A stretch of 32,000 bases of DNA, from contig NZ_CP010868.1 in the NCBI RefSeq assembly GCF_000875775.1, positions 1,157,707 to 1,189,706 of the forward strand. The letters run 5' to 3'. Origin of the DNA: Nitrosopumilus piranensis (GTDB lineage Archaea; Thermoproteota; Nitrososphaeria; Nitrososphaerales; Nitrosopumilaceae). The stretch's first letter is position 1; every line of letters begins with the position of its first letter. Positions 9,534 to 17,410 of this stretch are shown one piece after another. Both the position numbers and the translations under genes were made by a program. Below the pieces are notes generated by a model. The model did no database searches, was not told the DNA's origin, and was given only the letters and a program-made list of their open reading frames with translations.

Positions 9534-10625
9534 GTGATTAAAAGTTCTGAGATCAAGAAAATTGTTAATGACTATTCAGATGTAAAGATAGGTGTTCTTG
9601 GAAGTCATTCAGCACTTGAGATTATGGATGGCGCAAAAGATGAAGATTTTCAGACAAGAGTATTTTGTCAAAAAGGTAGAGAAGGACCATATCAAAGGTT
9701 TAGTAGAATTGCAGATGAAATTACAGTTTTGAATAAATTCAAAGACATGGCTTCAGCTAAAATTCAAAAAGAGTTAAGAGATTCAAATACAATAATTGTA
9801 CCACATCGTTCCCTTACTGTTTATCTGGGGTACAAAACAATTGAAAATTCTTTCAAAGTACCAATTTTTGGAAACAGAAAATTATTCCAAGCTGAAGAGA
9901 GAACTGCAAAAAAAGGTCAGTATTATCTTTTAGAAAAAGCCAAAATAAAATATCCAAAATTATTCAAGGATCCTAAGAGAATCAATAAACCTTGTATCGT
10001 AAAAGTACAAGAAAAGAACAGGCCTCTAGAAAGAGCATTCTTTACTGTATCATCATACAAGGATTATGTTAAAAAATCTGAAGAGAGAGTTAAACAAGGG
10101 GTCATAGCTAGAAAGGATCTAGAAAAGGCAAGTATTGAAGAATTAGCAATTGGCACATACATGAATTTTAATTTCTTCCACACACCAATTTCAGAACAAG
10201 TTGATTTTATTGGAATTGAGAGAAGACTTCAAACAAATATTCATGACTACAATGCACTTCCTGCACAACAACAATTAGACATTGATGTGGATTTACAAAA
10301 CATCGAAGTGGGTCACACACCTGCAAGTATCAGAGAATCTCTTTTAGAAAAAGTATTCAAAATGGGAGACAAATTTGTTAGAGCAGTAAAGAAGGAATAC
10401 ACTCCAGGAATAATTGGACCATTCTCACTTCAAAGTGTAATTACAAAGGATTTAGAATTGATTGTATATGATGTTTCATTGCGTGTTCCAGGAAATCCAA
10501 TTGTTGCCACTACTAGCCCATATACAAAATATCAATATGGAAAAACATTCGGAGTTGGAAGAAGGATTGCAATGGAAATAAAACGAGCACATGAAGAAGA
10601 TAGATTAGATGAAATAGTTACGTAA
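9534..10625 (+). CDS. purP: 5-formaminoimidazole-4-carboxamide ribonucleotide (FAICAR) synthetase, archaeal ATP-grasp type
   Basis: 363 aa with a GTG start. IGVLGSHSALEIMDGAKDEDF plus the ATP-grasp C-terminal half match archaeal PurP. Confidence 0.88.
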   Translation: MIKSSEIKKIVNDYSDVKIGVLGSHSALEIMDGAKDEDFQTRVFCQKGREGPYQRFSRIADEITVLNKFKDMASAKIQKELRDSNTIIVPHRSLTVYLGYKTIENSFKVPIFGNRKLFQAEERTAKKGQYYLLEKAKIKYPKLFKDPKRINKPCIVKVQEKNRPLERAFFTVSSYKDYVKKSEERVKQGVIARKDLEKASIEELAIGTYMNFNFFHTPISEQVDFIGIERRLQTNIHDYNALPAQQQLDIDVDLQNIEVGHTPASIRESLLEKVFKMGDKFVRAVKKEYTPGIIGPFSLQSVITKDLELIVYDVSLRVPGNPIVATTSPYTKYQYGKTFGVGRRIAMEIKRAHEEDRLDEIVT

Positions 10626-10663
10626 AAAATTTTTGAGCAAATAATATTTTTAAGAATTAAAAA

Positions 10664-10760
10664 GGCGCAACCCCCTTATTGCAGAACATTGAGAGATTCC
10701 CTCTCACGGTCAGGTCGTTAAACGCCTGATTGCCTTTATCATTCTGCGGGGCTACGCGTT
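10664..10760 (+). ncRNA. Candidate structured ncRNA of unknown family (three-way junction)
   Basis: This is the only GC-rich island in a long AT-rich spacer.
- **Closing helix:** GGCGC 10664-10668 pairs with GCGTT 10756-10760 (2 G.U pairs). CCCC 10671-10674 pairs with GGGG 10748-10751. GCAGAA 10681-10686 pairs with TTCTGC 10742-10747.
- **Internal hairpins:** TGAGAG 10690-10695 pairs with CTCTCA 10701-10706. CAGGT 10711-10715 pairs with GCCTG 10724-10728.
- **Strand:** the G.U pairs would be A.C mismatches on the other strand, which favours the + strand.
- **Flanks:** a T-run at 10759-10762 follows, and an A/T-rich TATA-like stretch lies ~20 nt upstream. Confidence 0.4.
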
Positions 10761-10764
10761 TTAT

Positions 10765-10787
10765 TCGTTAGATTTTATAACTAACGA
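10765..10787 (+). terminator. Hairpin immediately downstream of the ncRNA candidate
   Basis: TCGTTAG (10765-10771) and CTAACGA (10781-10787) form a perfect 7-bp inverted repeat with a 9-nt AT loop. Confidence 0.3.
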
Positions 10788-10833
10788 CATCAATATGTAT
10801 AGGAAATTTTAGTATTTAATATTTATCATGAAA

Positions 10834-10865
10834 TTTTACAATAATGATCTAATATTATTGTAAAA
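10834..10865. repeat. 12-bp perfect inverted repeat (possible protein-binding palindrome)
   Basis: TTTTACAATAAT (10834-10845) and ATTATTGTAAAA (10854-10865) are separated by 8 nt, in the 440-bp non-coding stretch between purP and the next gene. Confidence 0.5.
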
Positions 10866-11068
10866 ATTTTGTTATACACACATAAACTAAAAACAAAAAC
10901 ATATTTTCAAAACACATCAACACAGATTGTTAATTGGTTAGATTGGAAATACATTGAATACCATTCGTTCTAATTTTGAGTGATTAAAACGGTTTGACAC
11001 TCGAAATGGAATTGCTGATACCAATTAACAATACAAACTCTTTTTTGGGCAATTCATAACAATCCAAT

Positions 11069-11329
11069 ATGGGCAAGACTATTTTTGTAAAGGAGATAAT
11101 CACAATCACAAAAGAGCCTAAACTATGCCCCACATGTGAAAAAGAGGACAGATTTGAAAGAGACATTGTCAGAGAAGAAAGGTCAGATGGAAAAACAATT
11201 CTCTGTACTCGCTGTGAGGCGTTAATTGTAGTCACAAATCTTAATCTCAGGAATGTAGAGTTGTCATCAAGAAAAGATGACACAATTATGCTAAAAGAGC
11301 CTCATCTAATCAGAAGAGTGGCATATTAG
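11069..11329 (+). CDS. Small zinc-ribbon protein (CPTC...CTRC)
   Basis: 86 aa with two CxxC pairs 21 residues apart and a hydrophilic composition. I prefer it over the overlapping minus-strand 99-aa ORF, which is Ser/Leu/Phe-rich like an antisense shadow. Confidence 0.5.
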   Translation: MGKTIFVKEIITITKEPKLCPTCEKEDRFERDIVREERSDGKTILCTRCEALIVVTNLNLRNVELSSRKDDTIMLKEPHLIRRVAY

Positions 11330-11667
11330 TCATCAGATTTTGAAAGTAACTCCTCAATTACATGACGTCTAACATTTGCAGTTTCCCAATCTCGGAGATT
11401 AGCAATTTTGCATTCTTCCTTTATGACTAATCCTGCCAATCCATCACTCCACATGTGACGCTTTGGATCATAGACTAGAATAATTTTTCCACGTTTCTTT
11501 ATCTTGATTCCACCATGACATCGCTCTATTACCTGTAATGCAACTTTCTTGTAGAGTTTTTCAAAATTCACCATGTTTGAAAAGTAACTGCTTGTATCAA
11601 AAAGGTTCTGATACATGAATAATAATATACTATTAACAAACAATACAATTTGCTGATGATTAACCAC
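11326..11667 (-). CDS. Hypothetical protein
   Basis: 113-aa ORF. The real start may be an internal Met (MVNFEKLYKK...). No motif recognised. Confidence 0.45.
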   Translation of the reverse strand: MVNHQQIVLFVNSILLFMYQNLFDTSSYFSNMVNFEKLYKKVALQVIERCHGGIKIKKRGKIILVYDPKRHMWSDGLAGLVIKEECKIANLRDWETANVRRHVIEELLSKSDD

Positions 11668-11724
11668 GACTAAGCTATCACTGATAGATGATGAGTTTGC
11701 CGAATTATGAAGCAGAATTTTTAA

Positions 11725-12117
11725 TTATGAAATTCTTTCTTGAACATTTACAATCATTGAAAGAGGTGGCGACAGTGCTTCAGGATTGTCAATACTCTCC
11801 CAAACAAAAACCTGAATGTTGTATGTTCCAGGAATAATTGGAGTCCATGATTGTGCAGGAGAAAATGATTGTCTTGGGGACAACGAACCTGTCAACCAAG
11901 ATAATGATATTACAACATCTTGATTATTTTTTACTTGTGTCAAGTATGCAAAGTTTTGGTGGATGTCTTGATTATTTGAAATGTCTGCCATAATCATTAT
12001 CTGCTCATCAACATAGTGTATTTTATCTTCAAAAGGAATTTCAGTTGAAACAGGTTCAGCAAAAGCCAGCCCCATACCAAAAATTATCAAAAATGCAAAA
12101 ACTATTGTGATTTTCAT
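11725..12117 (-). CDS. Secreted or membrane-anchored protein of unknown function
   Basis: 130 aa with a signal-peptide-like N-terminus (MKITIVFAFLIIFGMGLAFA), followed by a beta-rich domain. Confidence 0.6.
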   Translation of the reverse strand: MKITIVFAFLIIFGMGLAFAEPVSTEIPFEDKIHYVDEQIMIMADISNNQDIHQNFAYLTQVKNNQDVVISLSWLTGSLSPRQSFSPAQSWTPIIPGTYNIQVFVWESIDNPEALSPPLSMIVNVQERIS

Positions 12118-12153
12118 AACGGGTATTAGTAAGATGAATATTTAATCTAGCTA

Positions 12154-12354
12154 ATGGGTAAACTGCCAGAAAAATTTCCAGAGTATTCCATCATGTATAA
12201 GACAATCACAAATCAGATCAAATCATTAGAAAAACAAAGAGAACAGATGCCAAAAAACGAATTAAATGAATTAAATTTAAAAATTCAAAAATATGAAAAC
12301 GAGTTAGATAAAATAAGAAAAATGTTTCCAAATAGTTTTTTTGAAGACATTTAA
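12154..12354 (+). CDS. Small helical protein, member of a local ~70-aa paralogue family
   Basis: 66 aa. YKTITNQIKSLEK...DKIRKMFPNSF aligns with YKSLTKTISDIKE...MRIKEMFPDII of ORF 17962-18174. Confidence 0.5.
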   Translation: MGKLPEKFPEYSIMYKTITNQIKSLEKQREQMPKNELNELNLKIQKYENELDKIRKMFPNSFFEDI

Positions 12355-12570
12355 TTATTCATGATGATCATGGCCACAATCACATTGACGATCTGACCCA
12401 TTTGCGGCCATTAATTTTTGAACCATTTCATCACGGATTTGAAGCAAATCGCCTACTTGCTTTTTATGAGAATCAGAATCCCAATTTCCATGATGCAGTT
12501 CTCTTACAACATCAATAATTTCAAGATCCACATTTAGCAGATTGTCCATCAGTTGTTCTTGCTCATTCAT
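12355..12570 (-). CDS. Hypothetical small protein with a Cys/His-rich C-terminus
   Basis: 71 aa and helical, ending in CDCGHDHHE, a possible metal site. Confidence 0.45.
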   Translation of the reverse strand: MNEQEQLMDNLLNVDLEIIDVVRELHHGNWDSDSHKKQVGDLLQIRDEMVQKLMAANGSDRQCDCGHDHHE

Positions 12571-12617
12571 GACAAATCATAATTAATGGTGGGAGAAAAA
12601 CTGTTCTAATTTCAGGT

Positions 12618-13064
12618 TTATGCTTCCAAACTTTCCTTTAGTAGGTTTTTTCTAACAAGAATTGGAATATTGTAATATGCTGCAAGTGCCATTGCGTCTG
12701 ATGCACGATAATTTCTTAACACAAGGTCTTTTTTACCTGTAAAATACAGATTAGCTCTAAGAACTTCACCACTTTCATAGATTTTGACTTTGACTAGAAC
12801 AAGTTCATTTTCTTCACAAATATCCTCTATCATTTTGTAAATTGAAGGTACAGGTTCGCCGCCCTTATCATCACCAAAACTTGAGATATGTTTTGCGACT
12901 TCGCCAGAAAATGCTCTCATGTGAAATTCTTTACCATTATCAGCTTTTAGAACAACCATGCCTTCAACTGCGTAAGGGTCAACAAATCCAACATAATCAA
13001 TTTTTACAGAGTCGTAATCAGGCTCTTGTGCTTGATTGATATCCATTGTCTGGATAAACTTCAC
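12618..13064 (-). CDS. Bifunctional-nuclease-domain (DUF151/BFN) family protein
   Basis: 148 aa. MRAFSGEVAKHI... and ...RASDAMALAAYYNIPILVRKNLL resemble the conserved DUF151 blocks (I-EA-AI ... RPSDAIALA...PI-V). Confidence 0.6.
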   Translation of the reverse strand: MKFIQTMDINQAQEPDYDSVKIDYVGFVDPYAVEGMVVLKADNGKEFHMRAFSGEVAKHISSFGDDKGGEPVPSIYKMIEDICEENELVLVKVKIYESGEVLRANLYFTGKKDLVLRNYRASDAMALAAYYNIPILVRKNLLKESLEA

Positions 13065-13194
13065 GCCCAGTGCTTATAAAGATAGCAAAATTGGGAGATC
13101 AGTGAGAATAATCTAATAAGGTAAATTTTTTTTAGACGATCAATTCTGGAGCCCAATCCCAAATTATTTAAAATCCCTAACTAAGGGTAGCTTA

Positions 13195-15009
13195 ATGTCA
13201 AGTAATCCAGAACGAGCTGTTTCGTATGTACTAAACAAGTACGTTACAGAATACATGGACAAGGATGTTTTGATTCTAAGCCAGAATACTCTAACCAGGG
13301 AAGCAGCAAGGATGCTACGACATTATGAAACAGATGACATCATCATTACAGATGAAAACAGAGTGCCAGTTGGAATTGTCACAGATGAGGATATTCTAAG
13401 TAAAGTAAGTGATGTTACAGTCTATGCAGAAGCGACAAAATTAAAAGACATTATGAGTACACCACTTGTCACAATAAATGAAAAAGCTACATTACAAGAT
13501 GCATTACACAAAATGAGAGACAACAACATTAGAAAATTACCAATTTTAACAAAAAAGAACGAAGTTGTAGGGATGATTTTTCAAACTACAATTGCAAATG
13601 TTATCAGAGATGCAACTGCTGCTGAACCTCGATTATTGAGCCCTCCAGTAAAAGCAGTACTTGGAAATCTAGGGTTTGTTTTACAATTTGCAGGAGTTCT
13701 ATTACTTGTCCCAGCTATAGTTGCAACAATTTTAGAAGATACAACAACTGCCACAGGAATTTATCTTACAACTGTTTTGTTGTTAGTGACAGGTTTCTTT
13801 CTTAATTCTTATGGCGAGAAATCTAGTTTAAACCTACAACAGGCGTCAATATTGGTCTTTTCAAGCCTGTTTTTGCTGTCTCTGTTTGGAACTGTTCCAT
13901 ATCTGTATGTTTTGCCAAGTGATGAGACCAATGTAGAGGTATTTGGAAATGCGTTCTTTTCAAGTGCTGCAGGATTTACCACAGGAGGAATATCACTATT
14001 TGATGAGCCTGAAAATCTTACTCAGAGTTTTACCTTTTATCGTAGCTATACACAACTCATCGGAGGAATGAGTTTCATTTATTTGGTAATTACAGCATTT
14101 TATCCAGAATCAAAATTGCAATCAATGCGTGGCTTTATCTCAGGAAGAACACTACATATGAAGGAGCTTTTCTCAACAATTACTGTAATCTTTGCAGTAT
14201 ACATCATAATTGTTGCAATGTTGTTGTATTTCTTTGGACAAGACAATCTACTTGATGATTTCTCATTAGCTATGAGTACACTTGCGACAGGAGGATTTGT
14301 TCCATCATCTACAATTGTTGAGAACTTAGGGTGGCAAGAACAAGTAATCTTGATGGGAGCAATGATACTTGGCGCATTACCATTTACATTCCACTATGCA
14401 TTTGTAAGAAAAAAATTCCTTGCACCAAAATTAGGAAAAGAGGTTCTCACATATTTTGCAATATTAAGTGGCGCCACAGTATTATTTATTGGAATAAGTG
14501 GACTAGAACCATTAGAGAGTGCATTTTATTCAGTATCAGCTAGCACAACAGCAGGTCTTCAACTCCAAAGTTTAGCAGGGCTAAATGGAGTTGCACATTC
14601 AATATTGATAATTTTGATGTTCATTGGAGGTTGTGGATTTTCAACTGCAGGAGGTCTAAAAATTTTCAGATTATTCCATCTTAGAAATTGTAGATCATTT
14701 TTCAGTAGCATAAAAAGAAATGAACTCCCAACTCAAACAAAGAAGGAGGTAATATCTACGCTAATAATCATAGCATTATTTCCAACAATATCTGCAATTA
14801 CAGGATTACACCTTGCAGAAAGTGAAAATGTACCATTTCAAGATGCATTTTTTGAAGCAGCAGGTGTAATTACTACTGGAGGACTATCTGCAGGAGTCAT
14901 AGATTTTGATACAGACCCAGCTACAAAGATTGTTTTAGCATTTTTGATGATATTTGGAAGGTTGGAAATAATTGCAATCATATACATTTTTGTGCCCAGA
15001 CTTAGTTAA
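13195..15009 (+). CDS. trkH: TrkH/KtrB-family cation (K+) transporter with an N-terminal CBS pair
   Basis: 604 aa. Residues ~20-140 carry two CBS repeats (GIVTDEDIL, VGMIFQTTI). The membrane part carries four pore-loop glycine motifs (FTTGGISL, LATGGFVP, STTAGLQ, ITTGGLS) typical of TrkH/KtrB. Confidence 0.85.
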   Translation: MSSNPERAVSYVLNKYVTEYMDKDVLILSQNTLTREAARMLRHYETDDIIITDENRVPVGIVTDEDILSKVSDVTVYAEATKLKDIMSTPLVTINEKATLQDALHKMRDNNIRKLPILTKKNEVVGMIFQTTIANVIRDATAAEPRLLSPPVKAVLGNLGFVLQFAGVLLLVPAIVATILEDTTTATGIYLTTVLLLVTGFFLNSYGEKSSLNLQQASILVFSSLFLLSLFGTVPYLYVLPSDETNVEVFGNAFFSSAAGFTTGGISLFDEPENLTQSFTFYRSYTQLIGGMSFIYLVITAFYPESKLQSMRGFISGRTLHMKELFSTITVIFAVYIIIVAMLLYFFGQDNLLDDFSLAMSTLATGGFVPSSTIVENLGWQEQVILMGAMILGALPFTFHYAFVRKKFLAPKLGKEVLTYFAILSGATVLFIGISGLEPLESAFYSVSASTTAGLQLQSLAGLNGVAHSILIILMFIGGCGFSTAGGLKIFRLFHLRNCRSFFSSIKRNELPTQTKKEVISTLIIIALFPTISAITGLHLAESENVPFQDAFFEAAGVITTGGLSAGVIDFDTDPATKIVLAFLMIFGRLEIIAIIYIFVPRLS

Positions 15010-15044
15010 GATAGAATTTAATTTCATAGAAAAAACAAAACATC

Positions 15045-15860
15045 ATGAAGCAGACAAATTCAATCAATAAAGGCAAAAAACTAATTGTCCTAGGATTTGT
15101 CACAATTGCACTTTTGTTTATCATTTATGGTAGATATCAAGATCCTGAACTACTAACACCAAGTGCAATTGACTCAATTCAAAGAATTGCATATGGATTT
15201 TACATTACTTTACTAGCATCATTTGGTGCAATTGCTTTTGGTTTGTATAGATATCACAAAGGCAAGATACAAAATAATGAAAAAAACATTTCAACAATAA
15301 TTGCACTAGTTGCATGGAATTCCAAATCAAAAAAAATATTCATTGCAACATTCATAGGCTATGGAATATTTTTCTCTCTTGTATCGGGAACACTAGTATA
15401 TCAACCAGAAGTTAGTTTTTCAATACATTATGGCGCAGAAATACCCTCAGGATTTGTTGCCCCTTGTTGCGGAGATATAGGCTATATGCCAAAAATCATC
15501 ATTTATCTTACTGAGCATGTAGGATTACAAATAATTCCAATTAACTTGGTACTTCAAATTATTGTTTCATATCTAGTTGCACTAAACACATCAATTGCTA
15601 TTAATGCATATACATTTTCTAAAAAAGGAAGTGGAATGAGTGGGATAGGTGCCATTGCAGGTGCATTCATTGCATGTCCTACTTGTGCAGGTACCTTTTT
15701 CTCAGTGTTTATTGGAACAGCAAGTGGAATAGCATTATCCATTGCACTAGCTCAATTACAGACAGCACTAATTGCAATATCAATACCAATTCTTTTGGTT
15801 ACACCATACATCATGGCAAGAAAATTACGAAACCCAGATGGAAGCTGTAAAATTCTATGA
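15045..15860 (+). CDS. Polytopic membrane protein with CC and CxxC motifs
   Basis: 271 aa with multiple TM helices. APCCGD and ACPTCAG lie within or next to helices. It starts 35 nt downstream of trkH on the same strand. Confidence 0.6.
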   Translation: MKQTNSINKGKKLIVLGFVTIALLFIIYGRYQDPELLTPSAIDSIQRIAYGFYITLLASFGAIAFGLYRYHKGKIQNNEKNISTIIALVAWNSKSKKIFIATFIGYGIFFSLVSGTLVYQPEVSFSIHYGAEIPSGFVAPCCGDIGYMPKIIIYLTEHVGLQIIPINLVLQIIVSYLVALNTSIAINAYTFSKKGSGMSGIGAIAGAFIACPTCAGTFFSVFIGTASGIALSIALAQLQTALIAISIPILLVTPYIMARKLRNPDGSCKIL

Positions 15861-15897
15861 GTTAATTCAAAGATATTCTAAAGAACCAAAGTAAAAT

Positions 15898-16164
15898 TTA
15901 AGATTGAAACCAGTGATTGAATTTTTTCACATGAGGTCTTTTCCAATTTCCAATATCATAGCCATCACGACGTAAATATTTGAGAGTTAGTTTGTAAATT
16001 AGTTCGTCATGATCTACTTGTTCTAAAATTTCAGTCCACAATACTTTCCCATTTTTCTCAATCTTTGATTTAAAATCAGGATTTAATGACTCTACAATTT
16101 CTTTACACTCTTCAAGTGTTTTTCCGTTCTTGTATGCCCGAACACGTCTATCACATCGATCCAT
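15898..16164 (-). CDS. Hypothetical protein
   Basis: 88-aa ORF, basic and hydrophilic, with no motif recognised. Confidence 0.45.
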   Translation of the reverse strand: MDRCDRRVRAYKNGKTLEECKEIVESLNPDFKSKIEKNGKVLWTEILEQVDHDELIYKLTLKYLRRDGYDIGNWKRPHVKKFNHWFQS

Positions 16165-16241
16165 ATTATTCTGACATTATGAAATTATTTTAATCTAATT
16201 TAAGGTGCTTCAAACAAATATGAGTAGAAAAGTGAATCAGC

Positions 16242-16475
16242 ATGGGAATTAGTAGTATTTCAGAATATGTAGATTTTTTTGTTAATCTAAACATGGGAGA
16301 AAATGTTAGTTTGATTAGTTTTGTTAATAATGAAAAGTTGGTGTTAAAACAAAAGTTAGAATACAAAAACCTACCAAAAGAACCAATCAAAAAAGGAATA
16401 GAAATCTTAGAACAACTAGCAAAAGAGATTAGTGAGATTGGGGAGAAAAAGGTCATAGAGAAATATCAAGAATAG
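16242..16475 (+). CDS. Hypothetical small protein
   Basis: 77 aa with a charged helical C-terminal half. I prefer it over the overlapping minus-strand 88-aa Phe/Ser/Leu-rich ORF. It ends 9 nt upstream of the wHTH gene. Confidence 0.4.
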   Translation: MGISSISEYVDFFVNLNMGENVSLISFVNNEKLVLKQKLEYKNLPKEPIKKGIEILEQLAKEISEIGEKKVIEKYQE

Positions 16476-16484
16476 TGAAAATAG

Positions 16485-17051
16485 ATGGATAAAAATTCAG
16501 AAATCATTAGAACAGAAATCATTAGAATTTTAAATAAAAATGGGAAAATCAGAGGCACAGAATTAGCAAAAAAAGTGATGAAGAAAGTAGGAAATGAAAA
16601 AACAGTGTATAGAGAAATTAGCGCCCTGGTAGAATCTGGAGATATCGAAAAACAGGTTCACAGTAGATCACATATCGAATACGAATTAGTTAATCTATAT
16701 GAGTCAGTAAACAATCAATTAAAAAATTTACATAAAGAAGTAAAAACAATTTTTGACGAAATAAGCAATTTTCAATTAATTAGTAAAGCAGAAAATCTTT
16801 CATTTCATGAAAGACTAAGATCAATTATTCATCTAATCCAAATAGTACAATCAACTGACGGAATCATGACATTATTATCGTTTTACCCAACATTTAGAAA
16901 AGACAAAATGTTCCCTCAAATAAATAGACAAATTGATGATTGCTGGCAAGCAATTATGACCTGTATTTCACAACAGCCTGAAGACGTATTTCTTAATGAA
17001 ATTTTAGCAAATTTGAGAATTTCAAACATTGATTCAAAAAATATTAATTAA
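16485..17051 (+). CDS. Winged-helix (wHTH) DNA-binding protein with a helical C-terminal domain
   Basis: 188 aa. IIRILNKNGKIRGTELAKKV...VYREISALVESGDIEK followed by a beta hairpin (HIEYELV) is wHTH-like. The architecture and C-terminal half resemble ORF 22693-23271. Confidence 0.55.
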   Translation: MDKNSEIIRTEIIRILNKNGKIRGTELAKKVMKKVGNEKTVYREISALVESGDIEKQVHSRSHIEYELVNLYESVNNQLKNLHKEVKTIFDEISNFQLISKAENLSFHERLRSIIHLIQIVQSTDGIMTLLSFYPTFRKDKMFPQINRQIDDCWQAIMTCISQQPEDVFLNEILANLRISNIDSKNIN

Positions 17052-17319
17052 AATCTTTTAGTTTTTCAATAATTACTTTAAGAATTTCTTCATCATCAAG
17101 TAAGATCAATGGAAAATTATTTTCTTCGCTTGCTATTCTAAATTCTGTATCTTTGGTAACAATTATCATATTATTTTCACGCGCATAATTAATTATAGAA
17201 TAATCTGAACCGAGTTTTTTTCCAGTCATTTTTAATTTTCGTACACTTTGCGCATCATATCCATGTTCTTTTAGGCGTTCATCCATTCCATCCAAGTTTT
17301 CATCTACAAGAATTTTCAT
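17044..17319 (-). CDS. PIN-like DUF5615-family protein (toxin-like), orphan
   Basis: 91 aa. MKILVDENL... plus ...IIVTKDTEF match the DUF5615 (Mut7-C/PIN-like) pattern as I remember it. No DUF433-type partner is adjacent. Confidence 0.6.
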   Translation of the reverse strand: MKILVDENLDGMDERLKEHGYDAQSVRKLKMTGKKLGSDYSIINYARENNMIIVTKDTEFRIASEENNFPLILLDDEEILKVIIEKLKDFN

Positions 17320-17410
17320 ACAATATCTGAATTACATTTCAATATTAGTGTAAAATTATTCTAGGATAGGCAGAACAACCTTACATATCTCTCCAATTAG
17401 ATTTCCAAGG

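Noticed and set aside
10664-10760. Reading the GC-rich island as a tRNA, a 5S rRNA, a C/D-box sRNA or a fluoride (crcB) riboswitch.
   Set aside because: - **tRNA:** no 7-bp acceptor stem with a GTTC-type T-arm on either strand.
- **5S rRNA:** the island is too short (~97 nt) and lacks the CCGAAC loop.
- **C/D-box sRNA:** CTGA and ATGATAA-like boxes exist but at the wrong spacing.
- **Fluoride riboswitch:** AAACGCC and CUGAUUGCCUUUAUC resemble crcB-motif strings, but they occur in the wrong order relative to the hairpins, and no crcB-like gene follows.
10759-10768. The shared 10-mer TTTTATTCGT at 10759-10768 (the 3' edge of the ncRNA candidate) and at 29971-29980 (next to the aEF-2 terminator) as possible att sites.
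   Set aside because: A single AT-rich 10-mer match in 32 kb of ~30% GC DNA is within chance expectation. The 19 kb between the two copies contains clear core genes such as trkH.
10984-11283. 99-aa minus-strand ORF overlapping the zinc-ribbon ORF.
   Set aside because: It has a Ser/Leu/Phe-rich, low-information sequence. The plus-strand ORF has two CxxC pairs and a normal composition, so only one is likely to be real.
16190-16456. 88-aa minus-strand ORF.
   Set aside because: It is extremely Phe/Ser/Leu/Ile-rich with no charged segments, and it mirrors the more protein-like plus-strand ORF 16242-16475.
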